DNA of 7,537 nucleotides from a virus (Duplodnaviria; Heunggongvirae; Uroviricota; Caudoviricetes): IMG/VR virus record IMGVR_UViG_2537562231_000016; one strand, 5' to 3'. Shown piece by piece: positions 1 to 5,902 of this stretch (position 1 is its first letter; each line of letters starts with the position of its first letter). The notes under the pieces were generated by a model. It saw only the letters and a program-made list of their open reading frames with translations, ran no database searches and was not told where the DNA came from. The position numbers and the translations under genes were made by a program.

Positions 1-342
1 CGCCAGCGCTGGCTGTTTTACGCGTATGACAGGCTCCGGAAGACGGTTGTTGCGCACGTATTCGGTGAACGCACTATGGCGACGCTGGGGCGTCTTATGA
101 GCCTGCTGTCACCCTTTGACGTGGTGATATGGATGACGGATGGCTGGCCGCTGTATGAATCCCGCCTGAAGGGAAAGCTGCACGTAATCAGCAAGCGATA
201 TACGCAGCGAATTGAGCGGCATAACCTGAATCTGAGGCAGCACCTGGCACGGCTGGGACGGAAGTCGCTGTCGTTCTCAAAATCGGTGGAGCTGCATGAC
301 AAAGTCATCGGGCATTATCTGAACATAAAACACTATCAATAA
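1..342 (+). CDS. insB: IS1 transposase InsB, C-terminal part (5'-truncated by the window edge); stop TAA at 340-342
   Basis: Open frame from position 1 with no upstream stop; the six-frame track shows only the Met-initiated tail at 76..342. Sequence is recognisable as IS1 InsB. Confidence 0.88.
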   Translation, partial: RQRWLFYAYDRLRKTVVAHVFGERTMATLGRLMSLLSPFDVVIWMTDGWPLYESRLKGKLHVISKRYTQRIERHNLNLRQHLARLGRKSLSFSKSVELHDKVIGHYLNIKHYQ

Positions 343-357
343 GTTGGAGTCATTACC
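335..357. repeat. IS1 terminal inverted repeat (right end), marking the IS1/prophage junction at 357/358
   Basis: atcaataagttggagtcattacc is the reverse complement of the canonical IS1 end GGTAATGACTCCAACTTATTGAT. Confidence 0.85.
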
Positions 358-520
358 ACCGTCGCCTTCTCATATCTGGCATTCTCAATTCCAAGGGAAC
401 AGATGCAATCAACGCTGGCATCAATCCAGTTTGAATCATGCAATCCCAAATGGTCTCAGGAACAACAAGACTCTTTCAGGCGGCTTGCTGTATTACTGGA
501 TGAAAAATATGCTGGTAAAA

Positions 521-865
521 TTACCATTTCGGCGGACTCTTCAGAGAACCCGTAATTATTCCCGGTAGTTTTCCTCTGTAGGTTATCAACACATCCTGCG
601 CCTCTAAAATTACGGGGCGCTTTTCCGGCGACTGCTCATCCCCTTCACATAACCCGGCAGCAACATCCAGGAAGACCTGTCTGATGCTCCTTCTGGCTGC
701 TGCCTCATAAAACTCCAGCGCGGCACCTTCAACACGGTCCAGCGAGATGTCCAGGTCAAAAATTTCACCGTCAAAGCGTTTTTTGTCCCGTAACGCTAAA
801 GTTACCGTAACTTTATTCTCAAAATTGCGGATCCCTTTCACAATCAGTTCATAGTTTTGAGTCAT
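521..865 (-). CDS. Phage protein of unknown function, YdfR-like (DUF1327-type), found between holin and endolysin in Qin/phage-82-like lysis cassettes
   Basis: 114-aa ORF beginning MTQNYELIVKGIRNFENKVTV. Its ATG lies 4 nt after the holin stop, with GGGGAGAG Shine-Dalgarno-like sequence 8-10 nt upstream. Gene order holin -> this ORF matches essQ-ydfR in the K-12 Qin prophage as I recall it; the family name is from memory, not a search. Confidence 0.6.
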   Translation of the reverse strand: MTQNYELIVKGIRNFENKVTVTLALRDKKRFDGEIFDLDISLDRVEGAALEFYEAAARRSIRQVFLDVAAGLCEGDEQSPEKRPVILEAQDVLITYRGKLPGIITGSLKSPPKW

Positions 866-869
866 TGAA

Positions 870-1085
870 TTACTCTCCCCGTGCAGCCTTACGACGGTCC
901 TCTCTGATTTTGAAATACAGGTTAGTCAGATATGTCAGCAGCCCAAACAGCAGACTCCCCAGCACGCCTATTGCCGCCCACTGAGACGGGGAAACCCTGT
1001 CCAGCAACTGCAGGAACCAGTAGCCCGTTCCCACCGCTGACGTGGTGTATGACACACCTGTTGTGATTTTTTCCATCTGGTACAT
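870..1085 (-). CDS. S: Class II holin (phage 21 S21-like pinholin) with dual-start motif Met1-Tyr-Gln-Met4
   Basis: The track ORF 870..1163 has an implausible N-terminal extension; the internal [71 protein letters not shown] (71 aa) closely resembles S21 as I recall it (two TMDs, C-terminal ...[20 protein letters not shown]). GGGAGACGGGG Shine-Dalgarno-like sequence lies upstream of ATG at 1085..1083; second start at 1076. Confidence 0.75.
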   Translation of the reverse strand: MYQMEKITTGVSYTTSAVGTGYWFLQLLDRVSPSQWAAIGVLGSLLFGLLTYLTNLYFKIREDRRKAARGE

Positions 1086-1235
1086 ACCCCGTCTCCCGTT
1101 ATCCGGAAGCTGACAACAATAAAAAAAGCCACCAGTTAAGTACTGATGGCTCTGATAACTCATGCAGGCATCTCAGACGACCCACTGACACTACCGGTGA
1201 GTTTAACGATACCTTCCATTTGACTGGCTCACTTT

Positions 1236-3092
1236 TTATGATGATGCTGGTGCATTTATCTCCAGCACCAGACTTTCTATCTCAACGCCATACGCTGCAT
1301 TTTTGGTAATATCCGTCAGCGTCAGCGCATTCAGCCCCAGTGTCAGACTGTCTTTTATGACCTGGAATGCCGGGCCAGCCACTCCATTCAGTTTCGGAGT
1401 AACCGTGGCACTGCCGGCGGTGAACACCAGCTCCAGCGTCTGCCAGTCGTTACTGTAATTCCCGAACTCGCCCAACTTTGTGTTTCCGGCTTTCTTGTGA
1501 TGCATCAGATTCAGTTTGCCGTCTGTGGTCTGGGTGAAGAACGACATCAGGAACGGGTTACCAGTTCCGGTCATCGCCACGACGTCAGGTAACGCTACAT
1601 CGGTATACAGATAAATTCCCAGACCGAACTGGTTGTTGGTCAGTGCGCCTGACAGTCGAAACTTACAGCTCAGTCTGCCACCCCGTGTCAGCAGGGAGAC
1701 TGCGTCATCCACCGGATGCATCAGGGACCAGGTTTTATTGCTCTGCTTGGTAACCTTAAACACACCATCTTCCAGCGCAACACTGCCGCCGGTGATGGTC
1801 CAGCCCTGCGCAGCAGCCTCTCCGGCTGTCGGCAGCAGGGAGACTGTACGAACGGATGTGTCACCATCAGACGGCCCCGATGGCGTGTCGCCGCCGGGCG
1901 AGGGTTTAATCTCCGGTGCGGTACCGCTGATGAAGGCGCTGGTTCGACCAACTGCGTTCAGAATAGCGGTTGCCAGGCGATCCGAAATAATGCCCCTGCG
2001 CGCCCATGAACTGAAATGTGTCGGACGATTTGACGATACCCAATTACCATTACTACGGGATTGCGCGCCGTAATAACCTGCATCAGCAATATCCGGGTCT
2101 TCTGCCGGTAAGTTGGTGGGCGTGTTGTTGCCGTTACCGTCGGTCATGAACGGCACAAAGAAAACGTTGTCGCTCTCCCTGTTTTTGTATGCGCCGTAGA
2201 CGGAGTCATACTGTGTGCCGTATGTGTTTTTCCAGTAATACGTCGTGTCGCCACAAATCCACGGTACAACTGCAGCACTGCCGCCATGGCACTGCGCGTT
2301 AAATCCGGAAAGGTCAGTACGGAACTGCTTCAGCATGGCCGTGAACAGGTCCGGTTGCTGTGCGTAGGTGGCAGCGCTCATGTCAAATTCGCCCTGCATC
2401 CAGCACACCGCCAGCAACACATTTTTCGGGTTCTTCTGTAATGCCGCTTTGGTGCGTGCGATCAGGTCCTGATATAACGGTTTACCCACACCCCAGCGTA
2501 CCGAATCCTGGCTGGCCCCCGTGTCCGCACTGAATGTCCCCTCCGCGCCCTGGGTGAATGCCGAACCACCACGACAGCATGGTACCAGCAGGATCCCCGC
2601 GTTATTCGGGATATACGGAAGCAGTTTTTTGGCAATATGTAAGCCCTGGCCGACACAGCCGTACTGCCCTTTGCTCAGGTCTGCCTTCGGATGATTCAGT
2701 GCGCTCATATCCTGAACATCATGCAGGCAGTGGTCTGCCGGAATGATGTCGTTAAATGCGCATGCTTTACCACCGGGAGTCACTGTGTTGCGACGGGCCA
2801 GTTGCTTAATGCGTGGGTGGGGCGCATCGTAAGAATCCGGAAGCGGAAGCCCTTCACCGTAAGCCATGGCATTGGATTGCCCGGCCAGTACGATGACGTA
2901 GTACCACTCCGGCTCAGTTGCACCACTGACGACCACATCACCTTCTGCTGCAATCGCCTGCATCAGGGTATAAGGGGTTATGGCCACCGGACTACCAAAC
3001 GGCTGCCAGCCCTCTTTCAGTTTATGTGTCAGCTTTTCCGCAAGATCTGACGGCGACGCCGCCCTGACAACATCATAGTGTTTAAATGCCAT
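1236..3092 (-). CDS. nanS: Prophage sialate O-acetylesterase, NanS-p type (SASA/SGNH-hydrolase domain with GQSN catalytic motif, plus C-terminal domain)
   Basis: Maximal ORF is 1236..3107 (623 aa). I place the start at the second ATG (3092..3090, MAFKHYDVV...) because GGTGGAAAG lies 5-9 nt upstream, whereas the first ATG at 3107 has no Shine-Dalgarno sequence. Contains VIVLAGQSNAMAYGEG, typical of sialate 9-O-acetylesterases. Its position just upstream of the holin matches nanS-p in Stx and related prophages. Confidence 0.85.
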   Translation of the reverse strand: MAFKHYDVVRAASPSDLAEKLTHKLKEGWQPFGSPVAITPYTLMQAIAAEGDVVVSGATEPEWYYVIVLAGQSNAMAYGEGLPLPDSYDAPHPRIKQLARRNTVTPGGKACAFNDIIPADHCLHDVQDMSALNHPKADLSKGQYGCVGQGLHIAKKLLPYIPNNAGILLVPCCRGGSAFTQGAEGTFSADTGASQDSVRWGVGKPLYQDLIARTKAALQKNPKNVLLAVCWMQGEFDMSAATYAQQPDLFTAMLKQFRTDLSGFNAQCHGGSAAVVPWICGDTTYYWKNTYGTQYDSVYGAYKNRESDNVFFVPFMTDGNGNNTPTNLPAEDPDIADAGYYGAQSRSNGNWVSSNRPTHFSSWARRGIISDRLATAILNAVGRTSAFISGTAPEIKPSPGGDTPSGPSDGDTSVRTVSLLPTAGEAAAQGWTITGGSVALEDGVFKVTKQSNKTWSLMHPVDDAVSLLTRGGRLSCKFRLSGALTNNQFGLGIYLYTDVALPDVVAMTGTGNPFLMSFFTQTTDGKLNLMHHKKAGNTKLGEFGNYSNDWQTLELVFTAGSATVTPKLNGVAGPAFQVIKDSLTLGLNALTLTDITKNAAYGVEIESLVLEINAPASS

Positions 3093-3285
3093 GGTTCTTT
3101 CCACCATCTGAAAAATGATTCTTTAAAATACCTGACATGTAATACAGAAAAAACACAAAACCATACCTTAAATAAAAACCTCATCATCAAGCAGATATGC
3201 ATGGATAAACTACAAGACGAGATATAAACCACCCTGCATTTAAATAAACAATAAACAACATCAGAAAAATAATTCTGCTCTATGG

Positions 3286-3312
3286 TTTACAATCAAAAAT
3301 ATCATTTATACT
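3286..3312 (+). promoter_or_regulatory. Candidate sigma70 promoter for the plus-strand orphan ORF (-35 TTTACA at 3286-3291, -10 TATACT at 3307-3312, 15-nt spacer)
   Basis: Hexamers read directly in the AT-rich island about 40 nt upstream of the ATG at 3353. Spacer is shorter than the 17-nt optimum, so this is tentative. Confidence 0.3.
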
Positions 3313-3352
3313 TTTCAGAACATCACCAGCAAGGCATAAACAAGGAAACTAA

Positions 3353-3688
3353 ATGAAGTGGATTGTGATTGATACAGTTATCCAGCCATCATGCGGAATA
3401 TCTTTTTCAGTCATATGGAGTAAAATAAAATTAATAATCTGGTATCAATCGGATGCTTTCTTACCTCCTGAAAGTATATTTACACTGACTCACACAGGCA
3501 TCATGCTCAATAACAAAGTGCTACCTGTAACCATTTACAACGTAGTACCATTCAATAAAACATTCTGGAATTTAATCAAAAACAGCCAGGAATGCCCTAC
3601 AAATACAGATAACGTATTGAATGAATGCTTTAATAACCGTTGCACTCTGCAAATATGTCCTTATGGGCTAAAACAACAAAGTCCATAA
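3353..3688 (+). CDS. Hypothetical protein (111 aa) in an AT-rich island, antisense to the late operon; no recognisable family
   Basis: ORF of 336 nt in roughly 30% GC DNA, where stop codons are frequent. AAGGA Shine-Dalgarno sequence 6 nt upstream of the ATG (caAGGAAactaaATG). Five Cys residues, four of them in the C-terminal third. No homology recognised. Confidence 0.4.
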   Translation: MKWIVIDTVIQPSCGISFSVIWSKIKLIIWYQSDAFLPPESIFTLTHTGIMLNNKVLPVTIYNVVPFNKTFWNLIKNSQECPTNTDNVLNECFNNRCTLQICPYGLKQQSP

Positions 3689-3722
3689 GGAGTTTACTCA
3701 CATCTGACAAAATCAATATAAA

Positions 3723-3744
3723 CAGCCCCTCCGGAGAGGGGCTG
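3723..3744 (-). terminator. Perfect 9-bp GC-rich hairpin (CAGCCCCTC-cgga-GAGGGGCTG) followed on the minus strand by a U-rich tract; putative intrinsic terminator for leftward transcription and boundary of the AT-rich island
   Basis: Inverted repeat read directly. Minus-strand downstream sequence is TTTATATTGATTTTG. The plus-strand side lacks a T-tract. Confidence 0.4.
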
Positions 3745-3979
3745 GAGAGTGGCGCTATGTGCCATTGCATGGTGCCGGGTGCCTCCCGGTGAATTCAGTA
3801 CCAGCACCTGAATCCGCGATTATCCCATATACCTACTCGCTGATTGCCCCTCCGCACAGGGGGATTCACCATGCCAGTTTCTTTTAACAAACTCCCCGCA
3901 AACCAGACAACAGTCAACCGCCTAAATTGTGAGACATTTAAAAAAAAGGCCCACAAAAGCGAGCCAGGGAAAATAAGTG

Positions 3980-4056
3980 TGGCGCGTTGTACTGGATTCG
4001 AACCAGTGACCGATTGCTTAGAAGGCAATTGCTCTGTCCGGCTGAGCTAACAACGC
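3980..4056 (-). tRNA. argO: tRNA-Arg (anticodon UCU), 77 nt with encoded CCA
   Basis: Reverse complement GCGTTGTTAGCTCAGCCGGACAGAGCAATTGCCTTCTAAGCAATCGGTCACTGGTTCGAATCCAGTACAACGCGCCA folds as a cloverleaf (acceptor GCGTTGT/ACAACGC, D stem GCTC/GAGC, anticodon stem ATTGC/GCAAT with loop CTTCTAA, T stem ACTGG/CCAGT with GTTCGAATC). Symbol assigned only by analogy with the ileZ-argN-argO order in phage 933W. Confidence 0.9.
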
Positions 4057-4069
4057 ATGATGCAGATAA

Positions 4070-4146
4070 TGGACCGCCATCGGGGACTTGAACCCCGCGC
4101 AACCAGCTTCGAAGGCTGGCGCTCTTTCCTGATGAGCTAATGGCGG
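4070..4146 (-). tRNA. argN: tRNA-Arg (anticodon UCG), 77 nt with encoded CCA
   Basis: Reverse complement CCGCCATTAGCTCATCAGGAAAGAGCGCCAGCCTTCGAAGCTGGTTGCGCGGGGTTCAAGTCCCCGATGGCGGTCCA (acceptor CCGCCAT/ATGGCGG, anticodon stem CCAGC/GCTGG with loop CTTCGAA, T stem CGGGG/CCCCG). Symbol by analogy with 933W. Confidence 0.88.
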
Positions 4147-4153
4147 TATGTGA

Positions 4154-4229
4154 TGGTGGCCCTTGCTGGATTTGAACCAGCGACCTGGCGATTATGAGTC
4201 GCTCGCTCTCACCACTGAGCTAAAGGGCC
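4154..4229 (-). tRNA. ileZ: tRNA with CAU anticodon, most likely tRNA-Ile2 (lysidine-modified, ileX/ileZ-like) rather than tRNA-Met; 76 nt with encoded CCA
   Basis: Reverse complement GGCCCTTTAGCTCAGTGGTGAGAGCGAGCGACTCATAATCGCCAGGTCGCTGGTTCAAATCCAGCAAGGGCCACCA is very similar to E. coli ileX as I recall it. Cloverleaf is intact apart from one A-C mismatch at the top of the anticodon stem. Confidence 0.85.
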
Positions 4230-4278
4230 GGGAGCAGAATAATAATGGTGCGTAATTAATTCTGCAATCTCATCCGTT

Positions 4279-5328
4279 TCAAACGATTAAATCCTGAACT
4301 TCCCTGACTGTCTGCTCAAAACGTCCGGTCTCCAGTTCAACGCCAATCGCACGACGCCCGAGCGCCAGTGCAGCTTTTACCGTTGAACCTGAGCCCATAA
4401 AAAAATCTGCAACCAGGTCTCCCGGACGACTGCTTGCGCGGATTATCTGCTGCAGCATTTCTGCCGGTTTTTCGCACGGATGTTTCCCGGGATAGAACTG
4501 CACCGGTTTATGTGTCCACACATCCGTGTACGGCACCTGCGCCGTCACACCAAAATACCGCCGCAGATGCTTATATTCACTCTGCAGCTCCACATACTGC
4601 CGGTTCAGTGACGTATACGTATCCACCAGCTGGTGGTGGGGCTTTTCCAGTTCACCGCGCTGATGTTTCTCTTCTGCCACCCGGGCAAACAGCGACTGTA
4701 ATTTCAGATAATCGCTTTCGTTCGGTAGCTGCCACTGACTGGCACTGAACCAGTGCGACACCATGTTTTTCTTTCCTGTGGCATCTGCAATCTGTTTTGC
4801 CGTTATCCCCAGGGCCGCGCGCGCATCACGAAAGTAAGAAATCAGCGGGGCCATCACATGCTGTTTCAGTGCACTGCCCTTCGCCGCATACCCGGCATCT
4901 TTCGGACGATACGGCCCCTGATAATGTTCCGCGAACAGAATGCGCTCTGTGGCGGGGAAATACGCCCGCAGGCTTTCCTTGTTGCATCCGTTCCAGCGTC
5001 CGGACGGCTTCGCCCAGATAATATGGTTCAGCACACTGAAGCGTTCACGCATCATGATTTCGATATCAGATGCCCGGCGATGACCACAGAACAGGTAAAG
5101 ACTTCCGGCAGGTTTCAGCACCCGCCAGAACTGCGCCAGACACTGGTCCAGCCACTTCAGGTAATCATCGTCGCCCTTCCACTGGTTATCCCAGCCCTCA
5201 GGCTTCACTTTAAAGTACGGCGGGTCCGTAACTATCAGGTCAACAAAATTTTCGGGTAACGACCGGATAAATTCCAGGCAGTCGGCGTTGATTAACTCAC
5301 AACTGGATATTTTTACAGTATTAAGCAT
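4279..5328 (-). CDS. Orphan DNA methyltransferase, beta-class N6-adenine/N4-cytosine family (motif IV DPPY before motif I FxGxG); no restriction partner gene in the window
   Basis: 349-aa ORF with TDPPYF near the N-terminus and DFFMGSGSTVKAALALGRRAIGVE near the C-terminus, the circularly permuted order typical of the N6_N4_Mtase family. Sits between Q and the tRNAs, as in some Stx2 phages as I recall. Shine-Dalgarno sequence is weak. Confidence 0.88.
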   Translation of the reverse strand: MLNTVKISSCELINADCLEFIRSLPENFVDLIVTDPPYFKVKPEGWDNQWKGDDDYLKWLDQCLAQFWRVLKPAGSLYLFCGHRRASDIEIMMRERFSVLNHIIWAKPSGRWNGCNKESLRAYFPATERILFAEHYQGPYRPKDAGYAAKGSALKQHVMAPLISYFRDARAALGITAKQIADATGKKNMVSHWFSASQWQLPNESDYLKLQSLFARVAEEKHQRGELEKPHHQLVDTYTSLNRQYVELQSEYKHLRRYFGVTAQVPYTDVWTHKPVQFYPGKHPCEKPAEMLQQIIRASSRPGDLVADFFMGSGSTVKAALALGRRAIGVELETGRFEQTVREVQDLIV

Positions 5329-5420
5329 GGATCATTAAGCCTGTCTCTGATAGGCTCATTCTGCTTTTGCGCAAAGCAGTGGGCCTGAGGTTTGCTTGTG
5401 AACCCAACGCATGAGCAGAT

Positions 5421-5451
5421 GGCTGGTGGGTGCCCCTAACACCCACCAGCC
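5421..5451. promoter_or_regulatory. Perfect 12-bp inverted repeat GGCTGGTGGGTG-N7-CACCCACCAGCC about 95 bp upstream of the methyltransferase start; candidate operator or leader-RNA hairpin
   Basis: Arms are exact reverse complements, read directly. Lies in the intergenic region between the small winged-helix gene and the methyltransferase. Confidence 0.35.
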
Positions 5452-5464
5452 GCCCATTTACCAC

Positions 5465-5492
5465 AAATAAAAAAGCCTTCACTGCGGAAGGC
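5465..5492 (-). terminator. Putative intrinsic terminator overlapping the stop of the small winged-helix gene (GCCTTC-actgcg-GAAGGC hairpin plus TTTTTTATTT on the minus strand)
   Basis: 6-bp stem at 5475-5492 and minus-strand T-tract from 5474 to 5465, read directly. Confidence 0.4.
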
Positions 5493-5676
5493 GTCTGTAA
5501 CAACCGAACTGATAGTCTGCCAGACCCGCCATAACCAGCTGGGTCAGTATTAACTGGCAGCGTTCGCGTGAAAGGTAAGTATTCTGCGCTATCTCCCCGA
5601 CTGTCGCCGGTTCGGTAACGCTTAATTCATTAAACACCACTCTGGCGGTTTCTGTCATATCCTGCTGTTTTAGCAT
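5479..5676 (-). CDS. Small winged-helix / FaeA-like putative DNA-binding protein (65 aa), function unknown
   Basis: Track ORF 5479..5763 (94 aa); I place the start at the internal ATG 5676..5674 (MLKQQDMTETARVVFNELSVTEPATVGEIAQNTYLSRERCQLILTQLVMAGLADYQFGCYRRLPQ) because AAGGAAAAAG lies 5-8 nt upstream. The pattern TVGEIAQNTYLSRERCQLILTQLVMAGLA looks like an HTH recognition region. Family assignment is by eye only. Confidence 0.5.
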   Translation of the reverse strand: MLKQQDMTETARVVFNELSVTEPATVGEIAQNTYLSRERCQLILTQLVMAGLADYQFGCYRRLPQ

Positions 5677-5794
5677 GTCTTTTTCCTTTTTCCGGTTAAC
5701 GTGACACACCAATAACTCTTGTCGAAAAAGCCAGCAAGCTGAAAGACAGGTATTCACCGCCACCAGCGCGTTTACTGTACTGACGCGATTTCAG

Positions 5795-5820
5795 TCATAA
5801 AAAACCCGCCAGGCGGCGGG
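5795..5820 (-). terminator. tR'-like intrinsic terminator about 85 bp downstream of the Q stop (CCCGCC-aggc-GGCGGG hairpin followed by UUUUUUA on the minus strand)
   Basis: All-GC 6-bp stem at 5805-5820; minus-strand downstream sequence is TTTTTTATGACTGA. Position immediately after Q fits the lambdoid pR'-tR' architecture. Confidence 0.5.
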
Positions 5821-5869
5821 GTGTAAAAAATCTTCTAACGTCAGGCATAAAACGCCCATCGTTAGAGCA

Positions 5870-5897
5870 AATTTACCACAGATTCGGGAAAAATCAA
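5870..5897 (-). promoter_or_regulatory. Candidate late promoter pR' (-35 TTGATT at 5897..5892, 16-nt spacer, -10 TAAATT at 5875..5870) directly downstream of Q
   Basis: Minus-strand sequence after the Q stop reads TAG tg ttg TTGATT tttcccgaatctgtgg TAAATT. Location relative to Q and the downstream terminator supports a Q-dependent late promoter; any qut site is not resolved. Confidence 0.4.
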
Positions 5898-5902
5898 CAA
5901 CA

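Larger units (their letters stand above)
1..357 (+). mobile_element. IS1 insertion sequence, 3' portion only; the element continues beyond the left window edge and ends at its terminal inverted repeat at 335-357
   Basis: Frame-1 translation from position 1 reads [80 protein letters not shown]...HYQ, which I recognise as the IS1 InsB C-terminus. The terminal sequence CACTATCAATAAGTTGGAGTCATTACC matches the IS1 end (GGTAATGACTCCAACTTATTGATAGTG in reverse complement). Confidence 0.9.

Noticed and set aside
18-568. ORF 18..308 (-) antisense within IS1 and ORF 344..568 (+) spanning the IS1 junction
   Set aside because: The first is antisense to the InsB frame. The second starts inside the IS1 terminal repeat and runs antisense across the YdfR-like gene's 3' end; it looks like a chance frame.
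870-1163. Full 97-aa version of the holin ORF starting at 1163
   Set aside because: The 26-residue N-terminal extension ([26 protein letters not shown]) has no Shine-Dalgarno sequence and is not part of S21-type holins. The Shine-Dalgarno sequence and dual-start motif support initiation at 1085/1076.
1633-3050. Track ORFs nested in the nanS-p gene (1633..2073 +, 1716..2009 +, 1721..1951 -, 2462..2656 -, 2558..2746 +, 2691..3050 +)
   Set aside because: They lie entirely inside or antisense to a well-supported 618-623 aa CDS, have no Shine-Dalgarno sequences I could see, and their Arg/Pro/Gly-rich composition is typical of off-frame translation of GC-rich coding DNA.
3029-3232. ORF 3029..3232 (-) overlapping the nanS-p start and entering the AT-rich island
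   Set aside because: It is out of frame with nanS-p, overlaps its N-terminal codons, and has a low-complexity Arg-rich C-terminus; most likely spurious.
3108-3979. stxA/stxB (Shiga toxin) genes expected between the tRNA array and nanS-p
   Set aside because: The gap is about 870 bp, too short for the roughly 1.2-kb stxAB operon. No frame resembles the StxA N-terminus (MKCILFKWVLCLLLGFSS...) or StxB, and the only ORF is on the opposite strand with no similarity I recognise.
3795-4050. ORFs 3795..4028 (-) and 3844..4050 (+) overlapping the tRNA-Arg(UCU) gene
   Set aside because: They run through a canonical tRNA cloverleaf, so the region is better explained as tRNA plus flanking non-coding DNA.
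4434-5259. Plus-strand ORFs antisense to the methyltransferase (4434..4748, 4753..5259, 4797..5021)
   Set aside because: Fully embedded antisense to a CDS with clear catalytic motifs; low-complexity Arg/Pro-rich products.
5321-5503. ORF 5321..5503 (-) in the methyltransferase leader
   Set aside because: It spans the terminator hairpin, the T-tract and the 12-bp inverted repeat, so the region is better explained as structured non-coding DNA.
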